Assembly (NCBI GenBank): GCA_965644295.1
Contig: CBFFRP010000297.1
Coordinates: forward strand, 310,001-374,000
Direction of reading: 5' to 3'
From: Paraphysomonas bandaiensis
Lineage: Eukaryota > Protista > Chrysophyceae
DNA: 64,000 bases
Below the pieces are notes generated by a model. It did no database searches and had not been told where the DNA came from. It was given only the letters and a program-made list of their open reading frames with translations. Positions 25,319 to 39,260 of the stretch are shown piece by piece. How positions within the stretch are numbered: the stretch's first letter is position 1; the number at the start of each line of letters is the position of its first letter. The position numbers and the translations under genes were made by a program.

Positions 25319-28300
25319 ATGAAGAAAGTAGATCTCAACGATGTCATAGAAAGAAGGTGGGAGGAGCGTGGAAAGCAGCTTGATGAAGTTCGAAAAAAAA
25401 TGAGAATAGGATGGAAGAATGATTCCAAAATCTTACAGGAGTATTTCCGTGCTTGTGTCATTAACTGGAAGGCATATAATGGGCCGAAGCCGGAAAGAGT
25501 TGTCACGAAGCTCTACGGTCTTTACAAACAGGCAGTGTTTGGTGACTGTGACGAACTACTCTTGCATGAAAAGCACTCTTTAGTTGGAAAGAAATGGGCC
25601 GAATGGGATAGGCTGAAAGGCATGACGAAAGAACAGGCTAAGCGCCGCTTCATTACATATTTGGCCGAAGTAGATCCCTTGTTGATAGATGTGATGCCTA
25701 ATGAAATGCCGCCTGAGGGGTTTCCCGTGGATTCTCGTGGTCTACAAATATGTGCTAAGTGCAACAGTATGGTAGGATGCCACAGGCCTCTGCTCGATCA
25801 ACATGGTGCTGTGCTTAGACGTCAATTGTTTGAAATGGAAGAGCTGCATAACGTCGAGAACTTGCGGGATTGGATCCAGAATGCTTTAACGAATCAACGG
25901 TGCATATGGGGTGTTCATAAGCCGGTCTCAAGGGTGCAGGCAAGGGAGTTTACTGAGTGGTATAGTAGAGATGAAAATCGCGGCTATTTTATGTACGATT
26001 CTACTCCTGTGATGATGATGGTGAAGGACCTCCTTGCATTCCATTACGAAATTGCTTATGACATGCAGAGTAACAAAGACGAGTACACTCTGGACGAGAC
26101 AAATGCGCAAGTCACTAAGACTCTCGCACTCAGTCGCTACTATCTCGAACTTACAGGGGAGGCTTTTGTGTTTGAAGTGCCATGTACACGCGATATTGAG
26201 GTGTGCAACCTCCGACGCGCCGCAGATGGTGGTCTCAACCACAAGCATCCCGTTGAACTTGAACCACCTGCAGTCGACTACTCACCCTATGAAACGGCTG
26301 TGCGCCTGCGTAAGCAATGTCAAGAACTTGGTCTTGACCCACGCACAGGAATACAAAGGGACATTGAGAAGCGTTGCGAAATATATCGCCAGCGCATTGC
26401 GGAGTACTACGAACGCGTCGAGAAATCAGAGCAGGCTCGCAAACGAAACGAAACCAGAGCCTTATTACATATACAGGAAAAGGCTAAGGTAAAGACAATG
26501 GCTGCGGATGTAATGCTGAAGCAGATGATATTGGCGTGTGCTAGCAATGACGTCACCAAAGTGCTCAGTCTAGCATCCCGTGGTTGCCCCACCAATGTAG
26601 AGACGCCGCGGGGTTACCGACCATTGCTGTGCCTTATGCTCAATAGTTCTTCTGGTGACCAAATCGACCAGCTACTGAGCAGAGGAACAGATGTCAACGC
26701 TGTCAATCGGTATGGGATGTCGCCGCTGATGCTCGCTTGCAGGTTGAAGGACGTCAAGTTAATACATATATTGATGAAAAACGGTGCCGATGAAGTTACA
26801 TCAGAGGGTCGGAGGGGATTGGGACGCACGCCGTTGCACTATTGTAGTATTCATGGGAGCGAAGAAGAGGCAAAAGTGATAACTGACTATGTACTGGAAG
26901 GAGGGGAAGATGCCCTGCGTGTAGTGAGGTATCTGGATTTTCAAGATAGCAATGGAGACAGCCCTCTTATGCTTGCTGCCAAGTATCGAAATGGGATTAT
27001 GGCGAGGTTATTGCTCTCTCTAGGCGCTAATCCCTCAGTCAGAAATTCTCAAAAACGAAATGCTTCATACTTAGCGCGAGACAATGGCCACCGCCTATTA
27101 GCAGACTGGCTGGATACGAAAGTGGGGGCAGGTGTCGCGAAGATAGAAACGTTCAGTGATATGCAATTTGAAAAGACACAGCGTTATGCCGGTATTCAAA
27201 TGAAGGAACTCGTGCAGCAGTTTAGCAAAAAGTTTCTCCAACTACTTCAGGGAAGAACCACGAGCAGTCTACTGGCGTGTCCGAGCAGAGTACAGGATTA
27301 TGCCGTGGTGCATGGGGCGAAAGGGATAAAAGAGCAGTCACAGCTTACGAACAGATACTATTTATTTTTTCTATTGGGTAAGATGAACAGTAACAGCACG
27401 ACCGAAGTAGTGACAGATCTTAAAAACTTGGTGAGAGACATAGTGGATCTACTACGCCAAGGACGCGTATACCCTAGTGCAGAATCTCCAGAAAAACCTT
27501 TGCCGTGGACCCCATTGATGTGCGCCTGTGCAGCCAACGACACGCGGTCAATTCGACTAATTGTTCATGAAGGAGCCGACCCAAATTACTGTAATCGCCA
27601 CGGTACAACCGGACTCATGCTCTCTGCCCAGCTGAACAACGTGCAGGCAGTTGTTGAGCTGTTGCTCTTGGGGGCCGACCTACATCAAACGGATAACGAA
27701 GGTTTTACTGCCATTGCGTACGCGAGCTCTTTGCCTACCCCTGTGGCTTTGCAACGTAGCACCGCCAGTGTTCTATTTGATGGGGATATTGAAGCTACGA
27801 AACGATATACTAGCGAACAAGTCCTTAAATTGGCGGACCAATATTCACCTGAAGAAGTGCGCGATATTGTGATGGAAAACTTTGAGAAATCATCTGAGGA
27901 ATCCACCAAGAAAGAGATGTCTCACATGAGGATTTTGGAAAAGAATGGCTTGACTCATATTGAGTCATTTGATGATCTACTCAGCCAAATTACAGGAATG
28001 AAGTGGAGGGTAGAAGTTGACTTCACGAGCGATTATACGCAAGCGGGCGAAGAATCTAGCGTCGATACTGGAGATATTTTCGGAGAAGAGGATGAAGATA
28101 CGCATCTAATGGATGGTGGAGAAGGTGGATCGGAAAAATGCGACGACAATTCTCACACTGTAGTTGACGTCAGATGCCCTGTCTGCACTCTTCCTGTTCC
28201 ATGCAAGCACTTCTTTAAAGTCAATTCTGTTCAGGAGTATATCGAGAAGAAGAAATCAGGAAAATCAGCTTACCAAACACAGTCGAAAGCAGAGATTACT

Positions 28301-31300
28301 GGTGCTAACAAGCGAAACATAGGAGCCAAGAAATCTAAAATGGCGAAAAAAGTCTTCGAAGATATGGCGACTGCAGTACTGGTGGAAGCTGGACTGGATG
28401 ACAGAGACACCGATCGTAACACCACCTTTGTAAAAAAGTACACTGCTGCCGGTAGAATGTGGGATAGGTCTGTCGAGTGGGGTGGAAACAATAATGACAG
28501 GATCACTTCCTCGAATTTAACTACAATGATGCCGGTCAATAATACATCAGACAATGTCGATGACACTGAGGCCGATGTGGATAATATGGGAAGTGAAACA
28601 CATGGAAAGAGCAGTGATGCAATATGTACAGATGAGGTATTGACTGAAAATGAAACTCCAACTTCTGACGAAGATCGCGAGGTAGTAGTAAATATTGTGA
28701 AACCAGATTATATTGACAGTACTGTCACTTGTGAGCATATTTTAGAAAAATCCAGTGGAGGTCAGAACGGCAGTGCAGATGCTTTTACAGATAATTGTAA
28801 GGGCACTGGTGATGTTGTAGGTGGTAATAGTGATGAAAATGTAGTCAGCGATGTCAGGGAATATGAATCTGTAACTGAAGTTGAAAAGGGAAACGTCAAC
28901 AATTTACCACCAGTGTTACTTCCACCTCCTGAGAAGTCATCTATGAAGAAAGTTATCGAGGGATCAGAAAGAAAGAAAAAATATAAAAAGAACCTCCGTG
29001 TCGTTAAATTTACCATCGATGATGACATTCTTGACGGCGGTTTGGATGAGAATGACACGTCTATTAATATCTCTAGCTACCAAGATGCTTTAACGAGTCC
29101 AACTCCCGAAGATATGATTGCTGGTACTACTGAATCAAGAGTAGCAGTGGTTGTGCCAGTCGATAAAAACGAAAGTATAGTTGAAAAGGAAGAACACGTA
29201 GTTAAAACGCGACGACCCTCTCTTGCGCTTAAGGATGGAACGCTGACAAAGAATCAAGAGCAGATTGCAATGGATAGCTTTGCGAAAGGCAAACTCCAGC
29301 CCGGTGCGGAAGATTTTACAATGAGAATAGGAAAGAATCCAGTTGATGTAAACCATCGACGTGTACACATGTTTAGTTATACTACATCCAAGGGTGGCAG
29401 TACTGATTCTGATGAAGAGCAAAGCAACAGCGCAGTCAGTCTTTCATACGCAGAGCCCTCTCCCCAATCGCCGTCACAAACGGTATCTTCTGGTGAAACT
29501 TCGACTGCGTTGACTGTAAGTACTTCGCGATCTATTCCATCAACAAGCGAACAGTTCCAGATGCATTTCTCTGGTTGGATATTTTCTGGGATATATTCGT
29601 TGGAGTTGTCGACAAAACCAATTGATACACTCCACGTAAATGCCAACTCATGGGCAGAGTGTCTGGATTATGTGAATAAGATTTTCAGAGAGGAGTGGTT
29701 GCCAAATTATTTGCTGCTGGAGACATTTGTCGACACTCACACCTGGGCGGTTGTCGCACACAAATGTCGGGCATGTGCTGTAGGAATCGTTAGATATAGG
29801 GACAATGCCGAGGTTGAAGATCACACACTATTAGGACTTTGCTGTACGTGCATGCTGAGAAAGCGTCTATACGAAAAAGTGATACTTACTATTCCCCGTT
29901 CCTCAAGAAAGCTCTATATGATGGATTGGCCTTTCCACATCCAGTCAAATGATAATTCAACTAAAAGAAACGTAGAAACATCCCTCGTCATGGGTGACGA
30001 ATTGGACGAGTTAATGAATCAGCCGAAAACAGAGATTCAACCAAAAAAACCGAAAATATTCATCAGGAGAGCTGACTCTTACAATCTTATGAATATTCTT
30101 CGCGCGAATGCTTTAGCTCAGAAAAAGGCCAGCGGAGATGATGATGGTAGCTCGGTCATATCTGAGTCAACCCTTTTGTCATCTGTCACGGCTGAAACTT
30201 TGACGACTGCGTCATCTTCACCTTCCGACGACGTAACAAAGTACGGTCCCCGGGAACTTTCTATGATACCCGTACTTTTATCCAATGAAGCATTTGATGA
30301 ATCTGAACGTCTCTTTAGAATATGCATCACACGTTCAGAGTACGGTGGTGACCAAGGTGTCCTCTATTTGGCCAAGCTTATGCAATTGCAAGCAGAAATG
30401 TATATGATGCAGGGTTTGTGGGTGTTAGCGTTACCGCTTTATATTGACTCTGCAGATATCATTATTACTAGGCTTGGGTTTGACTGTAAAGAAAGTTTCC
30501 GAGCCTTTGCCTCAGTTGATGCATGCTTTGTCAAACTGGGATGTAAGAGTGCAGCTGTGTCCTACTTTGAATCACTCAAGGGGAGAGTAGATAAGCATGT
30601 TACGAATGCTAGAAAATGCGAGCTAACAACTGTTTTATTAAGCGAAAGGAGGTTAGTACAAATACAGTAAGCTACAATTCTTGTATGTAATCATAGGCGC
30701 CGCAGTGTTTACAAAAGACACCAGAAGCGCATGCTTTCTATTCTGCATGAAGCGGAAGCTACAGCGCCGTTTCGAAGTATATGGAGAACTAAGTACTTTA
30801 CATGGGGCTACGGCGCGTTGTGCCGAATGATGACTTCGTCAACGGGTTCTGGTATTGTGTCAAGGGAATACTTTACGAAGTTCTGTGAAACGCACGATAA
30901 TGAAGAATCTGGCCCATACGCTCGATTTTGTTGTGACTGTATGAAGTTACGAGAATGTACATACGACGAGGTAACCAATAGATATGTATGTTTTCTGGTA
31001 TATCACTTTTTTCATAGGTTTTTAAGCATCTTGTCCATAAAATATGTAAAACGTACTTGTCGTCTAAAACTGCTGGAATGAATATAGCTGTAGCCCACCT
31101 TTATGACAGAGACTTGGATATGGAAATGAAACGGAAGATTTCCAGTTTCTTAAAGCTGGGTTCCCATATTAATCGGGATGTCTTTGATACTCTACTTAAA
31201 TCATGTCTTGCGTTACTGGCACCTATATTTCGGAAGTTTGTAGCTTCTCATCAAGGGGAGTTTTATAGGCAAAATTTTTTGGATGCCGAAGCAGAGTTTT

Positions 31301-31422
31301 TTCATATTTGCACAGTTACTATTCAAAATAAGTGGAGAGTAATATCAGCTAGAAAGGCTGTGACTATGAAAAGGCACAACATAACTACTTCATCGATTGA
31401 AGAACCACTAGCTTGTATATGA
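25319..31422 (+). CDS. Large ACBP + ankyrin-repeat + TPR-like + RGS-like + IQ protein
   Basis: ACBP motif KLYGLYKQAVFGDC..KWAEWDRLKGMTKEQAKRRFI; ankyrin repeats (GMSPLMLAC, GRTPLHYC, GDSPLMLAA, WTPLMCAC, GTTGLMLSA); two short introns near 30652-30696 and 30971-31017; C-terminal RGS-like helices and IQNKWRVISARK. Start codon uncertain. Confidence 0.8.
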
Positions 31423-32059
31423 ATTGTGTAGGTGGACTTGTTTATTATTCGCCTGATGTTAATATAATGTATATATTCCGCTCAGATGCATTACAATAGT
31501 CACATTTATTTCAACTTATCGTTTTCGTGATTTGTAAACACTTGGATGACTGAAAGAAATTATAAAAAAATTGAAAAAACTCAAAAGTTCCCTAGTTTCG
31601 TCAATGGAAAACGACATACTGGCGATATAGACCTTGACGTACAAATAACCTACAAATTTACCGATTAGCTTGTGCCCTTGTTAAATGCCATTGGCAGTCT
31701 TGATTGTCTTGATACCATGGAAACTGTTTGCAATTACCCTGGAATTGTTAATACTAAAGGCAACAATTTAACATTAATTGAGTAGCATTGTTTAATGACT
31801 ATATATAACAGCTATGAAAAATAATAATTCCCAGTATTAGCTATTCCGTATAAACTATTAGAACATGGATTATATTCTAGTATATTCAGTGTGTCACTTG
31901 AAGACAATGTACGAAAATACAGTAAAATATGGTGATGTACAAATGCTGTGATGATATTCAGAAGCTGAAATAGTTTGATCTTTTAAGATTTGTTTAGTAA
32001 CGAGAGGTTTACATATGTAGGAGATTATATGAGTGGAGCAAATGAGATTGTGTTGTTTA

Positions 32060-32615
32060 TCACAGTTTCGTGTAAACCATACTAATTAATCTAATACTAA
32101 TTAAACCCTCGGTGAGTATTCTCTTAATGGCTTGGTCCACTTCTATGTTACAGACAGTGTAATTTTGTCGTTCGAGTAGTCGATCTACCTCAAGCCAGTC
32201 CTCTCCTGCTACTGCGTCGGCAATGTAAATTCCTTTGTCTTCATATGTCCATTCAGACTCATCAGAGGTGCGTCGTTCGGGCTGTGATCGGACCCATGCT
32301 ACTGTCCTTGTACAATCGTTGTTTGCTGCAATGCTTTCGAGCAGTACACCTTTGGCACGATGCCCCAGTGCCCGATGTCTGGTGGAAAGTGCTTCGTGTG
32401 TGCGTATGCAGACGGCCTTACAGTCCGTGTTTATCGGTATGTGTGATGGGAGTCGCGCAGACAGTATAAGCGCCATTGCTGCTCCCATGAGCTCGTATGC
32501 ATACGGGCCAAGTCCAGGCACGTCGCTAAAGGGTGTCTCTAATCGCAGTATTTTTGTGGTACCGTTCTTCCATTCATCCTCCGGGGGGAGCCAGACTGTC
32601 GCCGCTCCTCCATAA
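32060..32615 (-). mobile_element. RNase H fragment of a non-LTR retrotransposon
   Basis: AYAYELMGAAMAL / INTDCKAV / VAWVRSQPE / GIYIADAVA RNase H pattern, truncated at both ends. Confidence 0.65.
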
Positions 32616-32699
32616 TGTGCCCATCTTATCTAGTTAATTTATCTATCTAGTCTCGACAAATTCTCTTTGAGATCTAGTTAAGAATGAGCAATTTTCCAA

Positions 32700-33970
32700 C
32701 ATGGTAGCGAGCGAGGAGAAGAGAAGGAGGATAAAGGAGTAGCTCCGCAGTTTAACGAGAATAACTTTGAGCAATGGATCGAGGACTTCGAGACATTCTT
32801 CATGAGAAGGAGCAGAGTGAAGTAGCGGTGGAACCGCCACCTAAGGAAAGCGACTTCGGGGAACAGCCACTCACGTTAATGGAGGAGAAGTCTTACAGAC
32901 AGGCTGTGAAGAAGTACTGGGAGGCGAATGCCATATCCTATTCGTACTGCAGGGAAGCAGTGCAATCTTCTTCGAAGGCGCTCCAAAAGTTCAATCTATT
33001 GCATGGTGCTCGAAGCAATGCACAAGTAGTCCCGAGGCGGTTGATCCACCACTAGTATGATATAGCAAGTCAAGTTAGTGTATAGATGTAAATCTAGATT
33101 CTATACATAACCGTTCTCATGTAATAATCAGACATTCTTATATTTATATATGTTGCACTGGGATATATGGTCAACGGTCAGGTATAGATGTTGACAATAC
33201 ATTTGCTCTGTGTGCTTGAACCATGTCTCTATCATGTGATGCACAAAGGTCATCGTGTATATTTGACTACATTGTAAATATATTGATGATATAGTGATCG
33301 CTTGTCAATGTGCTGATCTGACCATGATGACAGAAATCAAGAAACGTTTCTGTGAAAGATTTGATTGTTTAGATATGGGAGAATTAAAACACTTTCTCAA
33401 TGTTTGAGTTACTAGGACCAAGAGTTATATTCAACTCGACCAATCAACATACGATGAGAAGATTCTCACCAAATTCGCGGACTTTCTCGTTCGAAAATAT
33501 CCATTACCTATTAACGCCATGGACAGGATTAACTGCACTGATGGAGAGAACTCGTCTCAAGAGAAACAGGGAGTCGATAATTATCCCTATCGCAGCCTAT
33601 TGGGCGCCATGCTGTATCTACCGATGAGTACGCGTCCGGACATTGCGTATGCTGTTGGTTTATTGTCACGATATGCTTCGAAGCCTACCAAGGCTACATG
33701 TAATCTGTTGACTTATTTGTTATAGTATGTCAGGGGTACAGTGTGGAAAGGTATTCGTTTCACTGGTCGGAGTTTTGACATGCATATTATCACTGATGCC
33801 GACTGGGCCGGTGGTATCGTGTCCCGTCATTCAACAGCTGGCTATATTATTGTCTTTGCATCTGGCGGTCCACTCACTTGGCAATCAATTTTGCAAGTTA
33901 CTGTGTCTACGTCTTCAATGCAGAGTGAGTATCAGGCTATGTACGCTGGCATGCAGGAGCTGGTGTGGCA
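32700..33970 (+). mobile_element. Degenerate Ty1/copia fragments (gag piece, RT and RNase H)
   Basis: NIDDIVIAC, YPYRSLLGAMLYL, TRPDIAYAVGLLSR, DADWAG..STAGY and STSSMQSEY, with stops and frameshifts. Confidence 0.9.
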
Positions 33971-34325
33971 TCGGGGCCATATTTGTAATAACCAATTTTG
34001 CTACAACAGTGTGGCATTTGTTCATGCCTTTGCAAGACTATTAATAAGAAACATAAAGTCAGATACCCAAACTTATCTGGCTTCTAAATAATATTTATAT
34101 GTTGCTTTGTACATTATCATATTTTCTCATTTCTTTTAGGTTTTCTTTTTATACATACTTTAGTATGCTCCATTCCATTTTTAAGATCATAACATGCAAT
34201 ATACTATATTACACGCGAAAAGGAGAATTACATATTAAATACTCGAAGGTGTTTCCTTTCATAAAATGGTGCAGTCTCATTCGCAAATTTAAGCATTTCA
34301 CTGATACTATGTTCATACTTTCGTT

Positions 34326-34994
34326 TCAAGTGGAAGTGTCGAAAAGCTTAGCCAAAACATCCCCCACCATCACTGGGGCAACAGATTCGTCGAATTCAAG
34401 GCTACACTGCATGTACTCAGGAAGCTCTTCAACGTTCACGAGGGGTTCATATTCTATGTTCCCACTTTCTATGCTCTGAGTCAATGAAAATCTTGCAAAT
34501 TTGCGGCCGGTCGTATTTTTAACTGTACATATATACTTATTCTTGCACTGTTCTACCAATGATATTCCCGTCAGAAGCTCAAAAAAACTAACTACACGTT
34601 TCTGCTTTATAAATTCCTCTAATGATTGAGATGTTGGATGTACAGAAGGCTGAGTCTGCAAAGTACAGGGTGGTCCATGGTGACTTAGTTGAGTCAGTAG
34701 CTCTTTCTCACGTTCTTCACTCTTTTCGATTAATTTTGCCATTTCTTTGTCCATTTCAGATTTCAACTTTCTTAGTTGAAAATAGCGTTCTTTCCAAAAG
34801 GTAGCATTCGCTTCATCACCGATCCCTTCATCGGTAATGCAGTCACCCTCTTGTCGCTTTCTCTTATTTGTCGTTATATCTGGAGCATTCGTAACATCTG
34901 CCAAAGGTTGCTTCACTATACTATGTTTCAACATTGCCAATAACCGACAGCGAATTTAGTTTTACCTAAGAGCCAAACAGTAGACTTGTGACAT
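34326..34994 (-). CDS. CSM1: Monopolin subunit Csm1/Pcs1-like protein (coiled-coil + RWD)
   Basis: Coiled-coil followed by FFELLTGI..YICTV..RFSLT..IEYEPL..LPEYMQCSLEFD; probable short first exon from ATG at 34994. Confidence 0.7.
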
Positions 34995-35340
34995 GGATTC
35001 TAATTTTAAGAGCTGGAGGTGAAATGCACACACCAAATGACCGTTGGAATTTTGACCGAGCAGACAAATAGGTTAAATTTCTTTAAAAATCCATAATTTT
35101 TGGAAATCCCACAATTTAAATCTCGAAAAATCCTCTTTTTGCCCAAGGATTTGACATTCAAATTTTGTGTAAAAAAATGGGTTGTGTAAAGGTAGAGAGT
35201 GCACGGTAGATCACAGGCACATCGTTCTGATATAGCACTCGAAGATTACATATCTCGTGAGTACCATTGTGTGCTGGCTTCATCATATACTCTAAATATT
35301 GCGGACTTATAGGAAACCATATTACAATAACCCACACACA

Positions 35341-37704
35341 ATGAGTAGACGCACCACACTCGGAGCCATGACCCAGTCAGCAGCTAATAGTCGGGCTTCC
35401 CGCCAGTCTCTGGGTCCGGCTAGAATAAGTAGCGACACCATGGCCAGTAAAGGGCGGGTGTCCATCGCCACCGTCTCCTCCAGACGTACATCCAGTGCCC
35501 CCAGACAATCCCTTGGGATGGGCAGGTAATTAACTGTGTTGCGTGATGTGAACCAGACGTTTAACTGGTTGTGATAAGGAAATCGAGTATATCAGCTCGC
35601 TCTGACCCGAGAAACATATCCGATAAGCGCTTCGTGCCGACCAGCATACGAACCTTGATAGAGTTTCTTACGGCACACAACTATGACCATGCAATATCCC
35701 CGAAAATTCTTACAAGCCCTTCAGGAAAAGATTTTAATAATATTGTGCAGTTTTTGTTTCGTCTCATTGATCCGAACTTGTCATGTCCGGGGAAGTTTGA
35801 AGATGAAGTTATTGCAATGTTCAAGCAACTGCGATATCCGTATAATATATCCAAGAACGGGCTATCGGCAGTCGGCAGTCCCCACAGCTGGCCGCAGCTG
35901 CTAGCATGCATCATGTGGGTAGTAGAACTTCTTGAATATGATGAAGCAGCACACGGGGATGGGGCAGAACATGACGGAGGGTTAGAGTGTGAGCCGGATA
36001 GCACGGGGATTAGCGAAAAGTTATTTTTCGCCTACCTTCGAAACGCTTATGTAAGTTTCCTGGGTGGTGACGATGACACCTACGCTGCACTAGAGGAGGA
36101 ATTTGTGGGCTCGTTTGAAGCCAAGAATGCAACCATTGTTGACCAGACGGAAGAACTGGATCGGCGCAATTCTGAGCTGGAGCGCGAGATCCAGCAGGTG
36201 GAAGGAAGGCGACTAAAGCTACCACAGCTGAGGGAAAAGAAAAAGGATTACGAGAACGATTTGGAGAAGTTCGAAACTCTTATTGATCAGCTTAGCAAGT
36301 ATAAAGAAACTGCTGAGTCCAAGAAGGCATCGCGGCAGCAGGATTTAGAAAAGACCGCCGCTGCGATTACTGCAGTAGAAGACGACATAGCGAGTCTGAA
36401 GGAGGCTATTGCCAAGCAGGAACTTTCTCCTGAGGACGTGCGTCGCATGAGTGAGGAGCGAGAACGTTTACAAGCTGCACTTGAGAGCACCTCGGAAGCG
36501 TCATCCACTTTGCAGAAGAAAGTATGGGATGCGGAGGTTGCTTTGCGTGATAAAGTCCAAGCGCTGGAGGAAGCTGTAAGATTGTTCAATTCAATGGCTG
36601 AAGACCTCGATCTGAAGGCAATTGAAGATGCTGTTGAGGGTGCGGACAGTAGTAAAATCAAAATAGATATTGACATAAGGTAGATTACATGAATACTCAA
36701 TATGTGTTCATGGCTTACTGTTGACATTGTTCACCAGGGCGAAGAAGCGCAGTGACTTAATGACGACAGATGTTCGTCGTGATGTGATTCCTCGCTTGAA
36801 TCAATTCAAGGCTGCATTCAGCGAGGCCACTGTGGGGGTTAAAGGAAAACTAATTTTAGCCCAGGATGCTTTAGAAGAGGGAGATTTGGAAATAGTGAAG
36901 CTACAAGAGAATAAGCTTCTTCTTGAAAGCAAGCTCCGTCGATCAGAAGAAGCTTACCGCAAAGAGAAGACTACCTTGGAGGCCCACGCTGCAACCCATG
37001 ACAAAGAAATGGATGAGCTTGAGTCGAAACTGATTGAGCTGCGGGACCTCTCTTCAGTAGAGGCCAGAGCTGTGGCTGCGAGCCGGACGATGGGCGACCT
37101 TAAGGCACAGGTACTGGCGGGACGGGAGGTTCATGAAAAGCGTAAAGCTGAGACGAATAAAGAGATAATGGCGGCTGTCACAGCTCTGGCTGACTACAAG
37201 GAGCTTGTGCAGAGACGGCTTGGAGAAGTTAAGGAGATGACTGAGCAGCGCCTACAGAAAGTTCTGCAGATGGATGAGAGGACATGTTCGTATTCGGCAC
37301 ATGCTCTTCGATCTAGTCGGCACCATCTTCTGCAAATTGATAATGAACAGGAGAAAAGTCTATTGTCACCCCTAGTACCGAGGTCTGTAGGAGGGGGGAT
37401 CGTGCCCCCAACTCCTCCATCAAGGGCAAGGGTAGAGGTTAGGTGTTATGGATTACCTCTCTGCATATTGCTAATTCTTGCGCAGGATAACGATGACTCA
37501 AGTCTAGAATATGGCGACCTAGAGGACTTGCGCGATAATAAGGTGGTGAGTCATCGAGGCGATGAAGCACAGCGTTCGTTGTTTGGTCACTCACCTGATG
37601 GAAGTCGAGTATCTGCGATTGGCTCTCAATGCCCAGAAGATGTTAATGACAGTTTTACCAGTGAGAAATCACACCACCCTGCCCTGGATATCATGTATCG
37701 ATAG
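35341..37704 (+). CDS. NDC80: Kinetochore protein Ndc80/HEC1
   Basis: Basic N-tail, DPRNISDK, PSGKDFNNIVQFLF, LRYPYNISKNGLSAVGSPHSWPQLL CH domain, long coiled-coil; 3 introns. Confidence 0.95.
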
Positions 37705-38230
37705 TGACATATATCAAAATGTCACCACTGGCTCAGTACATGTTTTTGGCACAGACTGAGATAATGTGATTAATGATGAGATATTTGTATAAGGCTTAGG
37801 ACAGACAACCCATCTTCGGTACTATTTACACGTTCTCTAGCAGTGCGTATTAATATAATGATTACCCTTAACTGCTTAAATCTGCTGCCTGCTAGAGTTG
37901 GGCATTACACTGAAGTCAACCGTTCTCTTCACATAAATCTTAAACTCGCTTAGTTGGACACAGCGTACTTTCAAGAAAGAATTATACGTACAATGTTGAG
38001 TTTTGCTTATTAGTAAGCAATTGAAAGCTATATTTGAGGTATTCAAATTATGACCGTTAGTTTAATACAGTAGTTGAAACTGTAGTACATGAACTAATGA
38101 TATGATATCGTGACTACGTAAGATCAAGATCTGATAAAATTGATTGGTAGTAGAGAGAATAAAAATGTAGCGGATGCCAATGAATTCTAAGAGATGTTGA
38201 GTATTATTATATCGAGATCTATTATTGGAC

Positions 38231-39260
38231 CTAATGTGCAGCATGAGCCTTGTTGTTGCGTATGTTATGACTGTTCATGCCGTAGTCTTCACCACTGTAT
38301 GGCACAAACCTATAACACTTCGATGTGTCGTAATGCTCTTTAGCTTTCTTAATATATGCTTCCAGGAGCTCTTCGACAGTCGGATAGTTAGCGGACTTCA
38401 CTTTCTTAATTTCTGCCAGCGCAGTCTTGTTGTAAGTCTCATCCACTAGATCCAAGAATATCTGAGCGAAGCCGACGTCCTTGCCTTCCAGGTCTGGACA
38501 GTATTCGCTGTTGTTTTCCATCATGATCCTGAAAGCTCAGATATATATCTCTACGTCTCAAGATGACTTGGAAGAATTTTTCGTGAGTACTTGGCTTCAC
38601 TCTTTCGCAGTTTAACGTTTTAGCGTCCCTTAGGGCATGCCTCAATGTCTTGCCAAACTCGACCTTCGACAATACTTTAGTTTCTTTCGCCATGAGCTTG
38701 CAAAGTTGTTCAGGTGAGAGCTCTTGAAATTGAGACTCCGTCATGTCATTGTTAAAAAATAGTTGATTTCGGATGCTCTTGGAAACAATGAGTGCCGGCT
38801 CCAGTCTCACTTCGTGTTTTACCTGCCAGTGAGCATACTCCGCAAGGTCCATTTAATCAAGGTAAATATGCACGTGTGACGCTGTAGGCATCTGCACCAC
38901 GACTTGTTTTCTCTCAGCCAGATGTGTGCATGAAGATGGTCTTGTGTTCTCTGGATGTACTTGGGTGAGTAGTTACTTTTTTCTGCTGCTCCGTTAATTC
39001 TCTTTCCCCTTCCAGGATAGCTGTTCTTTCCTCCAGTGTCTCAAGACTCTCGGTGATATCTTCATGCAGCTGTTCCATTTTCTTGTCCGTTTGTTCCTTG
39101 CTAATGTTCAGTTGTTGTTCAATGGCACTGGGTAGTTATTGAAAGCTGTTGTCTATTCTCACTTGTATTTCGTTATTCAATCTCTCATGTTCTGCTGCAT
39201 TTTTTGCCTGATCTGTTGCACGATCGTGGGTATTATGTCCTGAAAACCAGTAGGATCCAT
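38231..39260 (-). mobile_element. Frameshifted gag-like retroelement ORF fragment
   Basis: YIKKAKEHYDTSKCYRFVPYSGEDY is homologous to YVSKASKHYEASKNIRLVPYEGSDF in the 1181-1735 fragment; frameshifts present. Confidence 0.6.
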
